NCBI GenBank assembly: GCA_965223695.1
Contig: CBDCXJ010000011.1
Span: 6,824 to 70,823 of the forward strand
Direction: 5' to 3'
Origin: Gaiellaceae bacterium
GTDB taxonomy: Bacteria > Actinomycetota > Thermoleophilia > Gaiellales > Gaiellaceae
DNA: 64,000 bases
A model generated the notes under the pieces. It made no database searches and was not told where the DNA came from. It saw only the letters and a program-made list of their open reading frames with translations. Position 1 is the first letter of the stretch; each line of letters begins with the position of its first letter. A program made the position numbers and the translations under genes. This document shows, in pieces, positions 15,885 to 24,513 of this stretch.

Positions 15885-18800
15885 CTAGCTCTGCCGGCGA
15901 CGGCGACCACGGGCGCCGATGAGGAAGCCGACGGCGAACACGGCAATGACGGCGGCCGCGATCGTCGCGAGCTGGATCGAAGTGCCTACGCCCTTGCTCG
16001 TCTGAGTCTGTCCAGCTGCCTCAGCGCCCTCTGCCTCAGCCTGTGCGGGTGCGACTCCAGCGGCCTCCGATGACTCGCTCTCGCCGGTCTCCCCGTCCGA
16101 GCCGGCGCCTGCTGACGCACCCGCGACGTCTGACGAATCGCCGGCTGTAGCACCGTCAGAGGCGTCGCTCGACTCGCCGCTGGAGGCAGCCTCGTCACTG
16201 TCGCCCTCTCCCTCCACGGAGGAGCCAGAGGCACCGGCGCCGAGCACGCTCTCGAATGGATTGGGAGCCGGCGGTGAGGGCTGCTCGGCAGGCTCGGTCG
16301 GCTCAGCAGGGGCCGGAGCCGGCGCTGGCGGCGTTGCCGGGGACGATTCGACCGGCTCGGCGGCCGGAGTCTGCGGTTGACCCTTGGTCGGCTTCTTTGG
16401 CGCGGGCGTCTTCGGCTTGGGCTTGCGCGTCGTCGTCTCGGGTGGGTCGGCGGGCGCGGGCGGCGGGGCCGCGGCCGGAGCGGGTTCCGCCGGTGCCGGC
16501 GGTGGTGCCGGCGGGGCGGGCTCGATGGGGCCTTCTGAGGGCGTCGAGAGGCCGAGGATCGAGAAGGTCGCGGTTCCCTGTGAGTCACCGCCGGCCCCGT
16601 CCGAGACGGTGTAGGACACGTGGGCCTCGCCCAAGAATCCGTCGGGCGGCGTGTAGGTGATCGTCACGCCGTCGCTGACTTCGACCTCGCCGCCAGTCTC
16701 CGGCGGATCGACCGACACGATGGCGAGTAGATCGCCGTCCGGGTCGCTGTCGTTCGCCGTTACATCGATGCTGAGCGGCTCGTCGGACTTTGCTTCGAGG
16801 AAGTCATTCGTCACGACCGGGGGCCGGTTGCGCCTGATCCGAATCGTCAACTCGAGCGGAGTTCCCTCGCTGAGCCGACCGCTCGCCGCTTGCCCCCGCC
16901 GGCCATCGGTGGCCCGCACGCGCACGTTGCCGGGAAGGATGTGCAGGGCAACGCGGCCAGCATCGTCTGTCGTACCGACCTTCAGCCAGTCACGGCCCGG
17001 AACGGCGAGCTCGACGGTCGTGCCAGCCAGCGCCTCACCGTCTCGGTCGACGACCAGCACGGTCGCGTCCGAGAGCTTGAACTCGACTGTGCCTCCGGCC
17101 GCGCCGATGCTCGCACGTTGACGCACGTTGCGTCCGAGATGCTGCACGCGCGCAAGGACGCGGCCGGGGAACGTCTGGGTCACGACGTCGCCGCTCTCGC
17201 CTGCCGGGACGCGAGTCCAGCCGCTTCCCCTCACGTGGAGCTCGAAGACAGCGTCGGTCACAGGTTCGCCTGCGCTGTTCGAGACCTTGAACGACACGGG
17301 AACGAGCTTGAAGACGATCGGAGCTCCGTCTGCTGCGACCGTTCCACGGACGATGCCGCTCGCACCGCTGTAGGTGGCGCGCGCCGTCAGGCGTCCTGGG
17401 AACATGTCCGCCGTCACTTCGCCGCCGGCGCCGGTCGTACCAAGTTGCATCCAGCCCTTGCCGGGGAAGACACCGTCGATCGCTACGCCGCTCAACCCTG
17501 TGCCTGCAGTATCGAGCGCGCGGAAGGTGGCGCGCACGAGCTGGAAGTCGACGGCTGCTCCGCCGGGCTTGATCGCGGCGCGCTTGAGCTGCAGCCGGCC
17601 GGCGTGGTTGGCACGCACGGTCACCCGACCCGGGAACGTCTCTGTCGCCACCTGGCCGTTCTCGTCCGTCGTTCCGATCGCCGTCCAGCCCTTTCCGGCG
17701 AGAACCATCTCGATGGCATCGCCCGCGACAGGATTCCCGTCGGCGTCGAGCACGCGGAACCTCGCGCGCACGAGGCGGAACTCGGCGGTTCCTCCCGTTG
17801 CGGCCACATTCGCACGCAGGTTTCGCCAGACGCCGTTGTGCTGGGCGCGCAACCAGATTCGACCAGGGAAGGCCTCGGTCTTGACCTCGCCGCTCGCGTC
17901 GGACGTCCCGGCTGGGGTCCAGCCCGTACCAGGGACGAGGAGCTGAACAGGATCGCCGGCGATCGCGTTGCCATCGGCGTCGAGCACGCGGACGGTCAGC
18001 GGAGCGAGCCTGAACTCGATGTCGCCGCCAGTTGCCGCGATCCGCGCGCGAAGCGCGCGCCACGTCCCGAGAATCTGTGCTCTGACGAGCAGCCGGCCAG
18101 GGGCGGCCTGGTGGGCGACCCGTCCCTCGGCGTCGGTCGTGCCGATAGCCACCCAGCCACCACGGCCCGCGTGTGCTTGCACGGGAATGCCGGAAAGGGC
18201 TGCGCCCGCCTGATCGAGCACGCGAATCGGCGCCTCGACGAGCTTGAACTCAACCGTGGCCCCGCTCGCCGTGACGTTGGCGCGCGCGGTGCGCCACTGG
18301 CCACCGACCTGAGCACGTACCCAGTGCGTTCCGGGCAGGAGGGTGGTCGCGACGGAGCCGTCGCTCGCGGTAGATCCGACCGGCTGCCAGCCCTTGCCAC
18401 GCTCGAGCACCTGAACCTGCGCGCCTTCCACGCCGGCCCCGGAGACGTCGAGCACGACGACGCGGAGCTCTCCCAGCGTGAACGAGACGGTCGCGTCTTC
18501 CTCGACCTCCTGTACGACGTCGCTCGTTCGGCCCTTGTAGGTGGCGCGGAAGCGGTAGTTGCCGGGCTCGAGCTCAACGCTGGCGAGGCCCTCAGCGCTG
18601 GTCGAGCCAATAGAAGTCGTCGTTCCGCCGGCGATCGCGACGATCGCGACGGCAGCCACGGGCGTGCCTGCCGAGGAGCGCGCCTCGACCGTGATCATTG
18701 GAGTCGTGGCTTCTTCGGCCTCCTCTTCTGCGGCGGCGAGGCCGGGCGGCTGCGCTGACTCGCCCTCGGCCGACTCGGCGGGTGCCGGGGGTGCCCCGGG

Positions 18801-21122
18801 TGGCGGCGGCTCGGCAGGTGCGGGCGGCTCACTGCTCGGCTGCTCGGCCGGCTGCGGTGGCGCCGGGGTAGCCGGCACGGGCGGCTGAGGCGTCGGCTCG
18901 GCCGGACCGGGCGCGGCCGGAGCATCGGCGGGCGCTGGCGGCGGCGACGCTGGCGCAGGCGGCTCGGCCGGAGCCGGCTCGCTGGGCGTCGGCGGATCAG
19001 CCGGGGGCGGTGCGGCCGGCGGAGGCGGAGGTGGCGCTTCGGGCTGTGCGGGCGGTGGCGGCGGCGAGCCTTCGCCAGGCGGAGGCGGCGCGGGCGTGAC
19101 CGCGTTGCTGTCGTCAGCGCCGTACGCAGCGGCCGGGAACGCGGCGAAGACCATGATGGTTGCGAAGCTCGTCGCGAGCCTGACGACGCCACGTGCGCCG
19201 CGCGATCCGACGGCTTCGCTCGAGCGCGGGGCCGCAGGAGCCGCGCTCTCGACGGCGGGCACGTCCTGATCGAGCCCGCGGGCGAGCCGCGTCGGACGTG
19301 TGACCCAGTAGTAGATGCCGAGCGCATCGGGACGCTCGGCGTCGACATCGGTGATCTCGACGCCGAGCGACGCCTTGCCGGCGTTCGTCGCGACGTGGCG
19401 GAGGATCCCGCACACGGTTGCGGTTTCGAGGGTGCCGTCGAGTCGTGGCAGCTCGACCTTGACGGCAAGCGTGCTGCCGCGCTCGAGAGTGTCGGCCAGC
19501 TCGAGGGATGCCTCGAGGCCGAGGCCTCGGGGGGTGAGATCGACCACACGGATGGTCGTGGTCCCGATCTGTGCGTCGAGGCTGACGCCGTGGCGATGGT
19601 CGCGCGTCAGCCCGCGCCGCGTCGCGATCAACTGGAGGACGTCCATCATCGGCGCTAGCACGAAGAGACCGAGAAGTAGCACGACGTAGACCTCGCGCCC
19701 CTCGAATGCGGGCAGGATGTCACCCGTCCACTCGCCGACACCGCGAACGATCAAAAGCCCGTCGAGCAGGAGCGTGAACCCGGTCAGAAGCGCGAGGCGC
19801 CCGAGCGCGCGCAGTCCGCGCTCGTCGAGATCGGGCCGCCGCCGCGGCTTCGTCGGCAGGAGCGGCGTGATTGCGCGAATCGCGGCGCTGCAGTAGGACT
19901 CCATCGAGCGGATGCTGTGGCGCGTGCGGTCGCCGAGGGCGAGCGTGCCGCGGCCGAGCGCGAGGCCCGCGAGAACAGCGAGCACGTGCGCCGGCAGCCA
20001 GATTGCCGCCATCTCGGCAAACGACGCGCAGATCGGCAGCTGACCACTGGCGAGAGTGCCGGCGAGCACGGTGAGCAGAACCAGCCGGTGCAGGCCCGAG
20101 AAGTAGCGCGTGAGTGCCCCGAGATAGAGGAAGCGCGACACCAGCGGCAGGCCGCGCGCGACGAGCGGGTTGTCGCTCGTCGCAAAGACGCGGAGGTTCG
20201 CGAAGGCGCGGCGATGCCCGCGGTTGAGGTAGGTATCGAGGGTGTCTGGCCGGACGGCCTGCACGAGGGGCTCGGCGTGGAAGCGCACCTTGTAGCCGGC
20301 GGCCCTGAGCCTGATCGTCGTCCGCACCGCCTGGCTCGCGCCGCTCAGCGGATCGTCGATGTCGACCGAGGCGAGCGCGCTCTTGCGCACGATCGACGCC
20401 GAGCCACCCCAGGGAGCGTGTCCGTGTGCACCGAGCGAGGGCCCGATGACCTCGTTGAAGAAGTCCTCTTCGCTGCGCCCGTTGACCATGTAAGTGAAGG
20501 CGCTCGGGTTCGCGAGGCCGGTGCGGCACTGAACCGCCGCCACGTCGAAGACGCTGAAGTGGCCAACCGTGGCCTCGAAGACGTCGGCGAGCGGGACCTG
20601 CCCGCCCTGGAGGACCAGAACGAGCTCGCCGCTCGCGACGTCGAGGCCGGCCTGAAGCGTGTCGTCGGTCACGGCGTAGTCGGCGCCGTGGCTCTTGGCG
20701 AGGGCGGCGACGTCGTCGCGATACTCCGGATCGGTGACGAGGACGGTTGGCGAGCCGACGATCTCGCGGGCCGCGATCACCGTTCGCTCGAGGGCGGCGA
20801 GCGGAGCGTTGGCGCCGAGTACCAGCACGCTGGTGTCGAAGACCGGCCTTCTGATCGGCCTGGAGAACCTGGGCACCGACCACGACTGCGCGGCGAGCGA
20901 CAGCAGCTGGAAGAAGCCCCAAAGCTCGGCGGCGATCAGCGGGACGGCCAGCCACTTCGGCGCCCCGCCTAGAGTGAATGCGAGACGCCACGTGAGGTAG
21001 CCGGCGCCGACCAGGAGCGCCAGCGAGACGATCAGCTTGATGCGTCGCTCGGTGCGCGTGAGCAGGCCAAGGCCAGCGCGCACCGAGGTGAAGCGTCGTA
21101 CCGCCGAATGTCCCTTGCTCAT
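15885..21122 (-). CDS. Giant membrane protein: degenerate GT2/cellulose-synthase-like domain + PilZ + TM + Pro-rich linker + 8 beta-sandwich repeats + cadherin-like domain + acidic tail + C-terminal TM anchor
   Basis: 1745 aa from the ATG at 21122 (the track ORF starts at 21182). The start was chosen by alignment with the paralog N-terminus (MSKGHSAVRRFTSVRAG versus MSHGRE...RRLTSVRAG). The BcsA-like backbone is WGGSASIVRK...AGYKVRFH. The PilZ motifs are RRGLTR and DLTPRG. See findings. Confidence 0.85.
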   Translation of the reverse strand: MSKGHSAVRRFTSVRAGLGLLTRTERRIKLIVSLALLVGAGYLTWRLAFTLGGAPKWLAVPLIAAELWGFFQLLSLAAQSWSVPRFSRPIRRPVFDTSVLVLGANAPLAALERTVIAAREIVGSPTVLVTDPEYRDDVAALAKSHGADYAVTDDTLQAGLDVASGELVLVLQGGQVPLADVFEATVGHFSVFDVAAVQCRTGLANPSAFTYMVNGRSEEDFFNEVIGPSLGAHGHAPWGGSASIVRKSALASVDIDDPLSGASQAVRTTIRLRAAGYKVRFHAEPLVQAVRPDTLDTYLNRGHRRAFANLRVFATSDNPLVARGLPLVSRFLYLGALTRYFSGLHRLVLLTVLAGTLASGQLPICASFAEMAAIWLPAHVLAVLAGLALGRGTLALGDRTRHSIRSMESYCSAAIRAITPLLPTKPRRRPDLDERGLRALGRLALLTGFTLLLDGLLIVRGVGEWTGDILPAFEGREVYVVLLLGLFVLAPMMDVLQLIATRRGLTRDHRHGVSLDAQIGTTTIRVVDLTPRGLGLEASLELADTLERGSTLAVKVELPRLDGTLETATVCGILRHVATNAGKASLGVEITDVDAERPDALGIYYWVTRPTRLARGLDQDVPAVESAAPAAPRSSEAVGSRGARGVVRLATSFATIMVFAAFPAAAYGADDSNAVTPAPPPPGEGSPPPPPAQPEAPPPPPPAAPPPADPPTPSEPAPAEPPAPASPPPAPADAPAAPGPAEPTPQPPVPATPAPPQPAEQPSSEPPAPAEPPPPGAPPAPAESAEGESAQPPGLAAAEEEAEEATTPMITVEARSSAGTPVAAVAIVAIAGGTTTSIGSTSAEGLASVELEPGNYRFRATYKGRTSDVVQEVEEDATVSFTLGELRVVVLDVSGAGVEGAQVQVLERGKGWQPVGSTASDGSVATTLLPGTHWVRAQVGGQWRTARANVTASGATVEFKLVEAPIRVLDQAGAALSGIPVQAHAGRGGWVAIGTTDAEGRVAHQAAPGRLLVRAQILGTWRALRARIAATGGDIEFRLAPLTVRVLDADGNAIAGDPVQLLVPGTGWTPAGTSDASGEVKTEAFPGRIWLRAQHNGVWRNLRANVAATGGTAEFRLVRARFRVLDADGNPVAGDAIEMVLAGKGWTAIGTTDENGQVATETFPGRVTVRANHAGRLQLKRAAIKPGGAAVDFQLVRATFRALDTAGTGLSGVAIDGVFPGKGWMQLGTTGAGGEVTADMFPGRLTARATYSGASGIVRGTVAADGAPIVFKLVPVSFKVSNSAGEPVTDAVFELHVRGSGWTRVPAGESGDVVTQTFPGRVLARVQHLGRNVRQRASIGAAGGTVEFKLSDATVLVVDRDGEALAGTTVELAVPGRDWLKVGTTDDAGRVALHILPGNVRVRATDGRRGQAASGRLSEGTPLELTIRIRRNRPPVVTNDFLEAKSDEPLSIDVTANDSDPDGDLLAIVSVDPPETGGEVEVSDGVTITYTPPDGFLGEAHVSYTVSDGAGGDSQGTATFSILGLSTPSEGPIEPAPPAPPPAPAEPAPAAAPPPAPADPPETTTRKPKPKTPAPKKPTKGQPQTPAAEPVESSPATPPAPAPAPAEPTEPAEQPSPPAPNPFESVLGAGASGSSVEGEGDSDEAASSGESSDASDGATAGDSSDVAGASAGAGSDGETGESESSEAAGVAPAQAEAEGAEAAGQTQTSKGVGTSIQLATIAAAVIAVFAVGFLIGARGRRRRQS
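16830..18701 (-). repeat. Eight tandem, diverged ~234-bp (77-79 aa) coding repeats (carboxypeptidase-regulatory-like / Ig-like beta-sandwich pattern)
   Basis: Unit consensus: xxVRVLDADGxxxAGxxVxLxxPGxGWxxxGTTDxxGxVxTxxFPGRxxVRAxxxGxxxxxRAxVAAxGGTxEFxLV. Unit boundaries are 16830, 17067, 17298, 17532, 17766, 18000, 18234 and 18468. Confidence 0.8.
18702..19118 (-). repeat. Proline-rich low-complexity linker coding region (about 139 aa of P/A/E)
   Basis: Translation APPPPGEGSPPPPPAQPEAPPPPPPAAPPPADPP..., seen on the plus strand as runs of GGC/GGN. A second P-rich/acidic block lies at about 15975-16553. Confidence 0.75.
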
Positions 21123-21268
21123 GTGATGGAGTCCTGGATCGGTATGGACAAAGGCTGACCGACCCGGGCAGGGCGACAGCACCCGGGTGAGTCGTCTGCG
21201 TACCTCGGTTCTTGAGGGCGGGCGTCACCCGATCGAGGCCGGCGGTGCCCTGGAACCGGCGTCCGCGG

Positions 21269-23296
21269 CTAGAAGCCGGCCGACGGGAATGCTGCCGCGA
21301 CCATGACGACGGCGAACGTCGTCGCAACCCGAAGCGTGCCCCGTGCCCGGCCCGAGCCGACGGGCTCACGCGAGCCCGGTGCGGCTACCGTGGCGTCTCC
21401 CGGCACTACGGCCGCTTCGTCGAGACCGCGTGAGACCCGCGTGGGACGCGTCACCCAGTAGTAGATGCCGAGCGCGTCTGGCTGCTCGGGATCGGTCTCG
21501 GTGACCTCGACGCCCAGCGCCGAGCTCTCCTCGCCAGCCGAGACGTGACGGACGAGGCCCTTGAGCCGCGCGGTCATCGAGCTTCCGTCGAGCTGCGGCA
21601 GGTCGACATCGACGGCGAGTGCGTTCCCTCGCGGCAGCTGCGTCGCAAGCTGCGGGGCAAGCTCGATCCCGAGCCCGCGCGGGGTCACGTCGACCACCCG
21701 GGCCTCGGCGGCTCCGACGCGCGCTGCGAGGTTGGTCGGATGGCGGAAGCGTCGGCTCTCCTTGCGTCTCGAGACGAGCAGCTGGAGCACGTCGGTGATG
21801 GGAGCAAGCGCCAGCACACCGACGATCAACACGGCGTAGACCTCACGGCCGTCGAAGCCAGGAAGAACGTCGCTTCCCCAGGCCGTGGCGCCTCGCATGA
21901 TCAGTAGGACATCGAGGGCTAGTGCCACAGCGGTGAGCAGGGCAAGGCGCCCGAGCGCGCGTAGCCCCCGCCCGTTGCCGAGCGCGCGACGTCGAGGCCG
22001 GGTCGGCAGCACCGGGGTCAGGGCTCGGAGCGCGGCGCCGCAATAAGCCTCCATCGAGCGCAGACTGTGGCGCGTTCGATCGCCCAGGGCGAGCGTGCCC
22101 CGGCCGAGCGCGAGGCCAGCGAGCCCGCCGAGGATATGGGCCGGCAGCCAGAGCACGGCCAGCTCGCTCAGCGACGCGCTGAGAGGCAGCTGGCCGCTCG
22201 CGAGTGTTCCCGCCAGAACGGCGAGGAGGACGAAGCGGTGCAGACCAGAGAAGTAGCGCGAGATAGCACACAGGAAGACGAGGCGCGAGCGCAGCGGCAG
22301 CCGCCTGGCGATCAGTGGGTTCTCGGCCGTTGCGAGAACGCGAAGGTTGGCGAAAGCACGGCGGTGGCCGCGGTTGAGGTACCCGTCGAGCGTGTCGGGC
22401 CGAACGGCCTGCACGAGCGGCTCAGGGTGGAAGCGCACCTTGTAGCCGGCCGCCCTGAGCCTGATCGTTGTCCGCACCGCCTGGCTCGCGCCCCCGAGCG
22501 GTTTCGCAAGCTCGATCGACGCCAGGGCATCGCTTCGAACAACCGAGGCCGATCCGCCCCACGGCGTGTCTCCGCTGGCTCCGAGCGCGGGGCCGAGCAC
22601 CTCATTGAAGAGCGCCTCTTCGCTTCGGCCGTTGACGACGTAGGTCAGCGCATCAGTGTTGGCGAGGCCCGTGCGACACTGCACGACGGCCACGTCCGGC
22701 GCGGCGAAGTACCCCAGAGTCGAGTCGAAGACGTCGGCGAGCGGAACCTGTCCCCCCTGAAGAACGAGGACGAACTCGCCGCCCGCGGCGCGAAGTCCGG
22801 CCTCGAGCGTGTCGTAGGTGACCGCGTAGAGCGCCTTGTGCCGTGCGACGAGGCTCGCAACGTCGGTGCGATTCGCCGGATCCGTGACGACGACCGGCCG
22901 GTCTCCGGCGATCTGCTGAGCGGCCATGACCGAACGCTCGATGGCGGCCGGCGAGGCGTTTGCGCCGAGCACGAGCACCGAGGTGTCGGGTTCCTCGTCG
23001 CTTGCGAGCTCGCGCTCGGAGGGCACGGACCAGGCCTGGAACGCCAGCGCTGTGAGCTGGAGGAAGCCCCAGATCTCGGCACCGATCAACGGGAAAGCAA
23101 GCCAGCGGACCACTCCGTCGAGCGTCGCGCCCACCCGCCACGTCAGGTAGACGACGCCCAGGAGCAGCGCCAGGCCCACAATGCCGTGGATCCGGCGCTC
23201 ACTCGAGCACAGGAGTCTTACACCGGCACGTACCGACGTGAGTCGTCGAGCGTCAATCCATCCATGGGCCACTTCTGTCTCCCGTCCGTGGGACAC
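21269..23296 (-). CDS. Degenerate GT2/cellulose-synthase-like membrane protein with a C-terminal PilZ domain (short paralog)
   Basis: 675 aa, collinear with the first ~690 aa of the giant protein and clearly similar by eye. It has the same replaced catalytic motifs (VLVLQGGQVP, GASQAVRT, NRGHRRAFANLRV). The PilZ motifs are RRKESR and DVTPRG. It ends right after the last TM (AFPSAGF*). Confidence 0.85.
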   Translation of the reverse strand: MSHGRETEVAHGWIDARRLTSVRAGVRLLCSSERRIHGIVGLALLLGVVYLTWRVGATLDGVVRWLAFPLIGAEIWGFLQLTALAFQAWSVPSERELASDEEPDTSVLVLGANASPAAIERSVMAAQQIAGDRPVVVTDPANRTDVASLVARHKALYAVTYDTLEAGLRAAGGEFVLVLQGGQVPLADVFDSTLGYFAAPDVAVVQCRTGLANTDALTYVVNGRSEEALFNEVLGPALGASGDTPWGGSASVVRSDALASIELAKPLGGASQAVRTTIRLRAAGYKVRFHPEPLVQAVRPDTLDGYLNRGHRRAFANLRVLATAENPLIARRLPLRSRLVFLCAISRYFSGLHRFVLLAVLAGTLASGQLPLSASLSELAVLWLPAHILGGLAGLALGRGTLALGDRTRHSLRSMEAYCGAALRALTPVLPTRPRRRALGNGRGLRALGRLALLTAVALALDVLLIMRGATAWGSDVLPGFDGREVYAVLIVGVLALAPITDVLQLLVSRRKESRRFRHPTNLAARVGAAEARVVDVTPRGLGIELAPQLATQLPRGNALAVDVDLPQLDGSSMTARLKGLVRHVSAGEESSALGVEVTETDPEQPDALGIYYWVTRPTRVSRGLDEAAVVPGDATVAAPGSREPVGSGRARGTLRVATTFAVVMVAAAFPSAGF

Positions 23297-23376
23297 AGCG
23301 GCCGACGCAGTCAGCGTCGCTCCGCAGCCCCGGTATCGGCAACCACTCGCGATTCTTGAGGCTCGCGCGCGGCGGA

Positions 23377-24513
23377 TCAGCGACCAAGCGCGCCGCGGTA
23401 GTACGCCCAGGCGGCGGTCACACGTGCGAGCCGATCGAGCTCGTCGTCGAGGAAGCGCTCGCGGTGGCGTGCGTCACCGATGGCGACCGCGGTGAAGTAC
23501 AGGGCACCGAACGCGCCAAGGATCCCGGCAACGCGAAAGTGGGCCTCGGTGAGGACGGCTTCGCGGTCGGCAATGACCGCCGAGACCAGGAGGTTCGGGT
23601 CGTCACCGACCCAGCGCATCGCCAGCTCACGATCGACAACGAGAAATGCGAAGATCAGGAAGAACAACCCGACTGCGAGTGCGACGGCGATGACGCGAAG
23701 CGCCAGGCTGAAGAGCAGTGCCAGGTCGATGTTGAGCCGCTCGATCCGTCCGAGCGCGGGCGTCGACGGGACCACCCCGCGTTCGACGAGAACGCGCGCG
23801 GGTGTGTTGCGAGCCCGCTCCTCGAGCTCCTCTCCCGGCTCGAAGTCGTGCACCCCCCTTCGCTCCCGCGAGAGCCCGTAGACGAGGATCAGCACGACGA
23901 GGATCGCGAACGCGATCACCACGCCGCCGTATCGCCAACCGCTCAACCCACCGAACGCCTGCCACGTCTCCATCGAGAGCGCAAGGAACAGGAGCACGGC
24001 CATGACGGGCGGCATCGCGCGGATCGCGATCGCGCCACTGTCGGCCAGCGTCGACGCGATCTGACGCGTCTGGTGCACCAGGAGCGACAGGACACCGAAG
24101 CTCATCAAGAAATACAGGGCGATCGCGATGCCGATCGTCGCGATTGCCAGGCCGATCACGGTATTCGCGCTCTCACCGAGCGCCGCAGCTGCGATCGGCG
24201 GAGCGACGACCAGCGCGAGGACCTCGGTGAACGTGATGCGCCGCGAGCGAGCTAGCAGCGGGCGGTCGCGCAGGAAGTTGAGCAGCGCGTAGACGCTCAC
24301 GGCGACGGCGAGCGCCGCGAGCACGGCAAGGATTCGAAGCCACCATGACCACTCGGGGCGCAGGGCGATTCCCAGGCCCACGATGAACAGGGCATAGAGA
24401 CCGGGACGCATGCGCGTGAGCGTGTCGGTACGCGCGTCGTAGCCGGCATTCAGATGCGGCAGCCCGTTGTGGAGGAAGTAGCGCTCGATCCGGGCTCGCT
24501 CGAGCGGCTCCAT
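23377..24513 (-). CDS. Polytopic integral membrane protein, function unknown
   Basis: 378 aa with several hydrophobic helices. It is the only long ORF with coding-like composition here. Its start abuts the DUF1015 stop. Confidence 0.6.
   Translation of the reverse strand: MEPLERARIERYFLHNGLPHLNAGYDARTDTLTRMRPGLYALFIVGLGIALRPEWSWWLRILAVLAALAVAVSVYALLNFLRDRPLLARSRRITFTEVLALVVAPPIAAAALGESANTVIGLAIATIGIAIALYFLMSFGVLSLLVHQTRQIASTLADSGAIAIRAMPPVMAVLLFLALSMETWQAFGGLSGWRYGGVVIAFAILVVLILVYGLSRERRGVHDFEPGEELEERARNTPARVLVERGVVPSTPALGRIERLNIDLALLFSLALRVIAVALAVGLFFLIFAFLVVDRELAMRWVGDDPNLLVSAVIADREAVLTEAHFRVAGILGAFGALYFTAVAIGDARHRERFLDDELDRLARVTAAWAYYRGALGR

Noticed and set aside
15888-15980. LPXTG sortase signal at the C-terminus of the giant protein
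   Set aside because: The hydrophobic helix and basic tail are present, but the preceding residues (TSKGVGTSIQLATI) contain no LPXTG/LAXTG pentapeptide.
16890-18758. 622-aa plus-strand ORF, plus several other ORFs of 100-340 aa, overlapping the giant gene
   Set aside because: They are antisense to a gene with clear domain structure. Their translations are Arg/Ala/Gly-rich with no recognisable motifs. This is the typical stop-codon-poor shadow ORF of GC-rich DNA.
18702-19118. Highly repetitive GGC/GGN-rich DNA (also at about 16260-16560) that could be mistaken for a tandem-repeat or CRISPR-like array
   Set aside because: It has no constant-length repeat/spacer organisation. It is in frame within the giant ORF and simply encodes Pro/Ala-rich linkers on the opposite strand.
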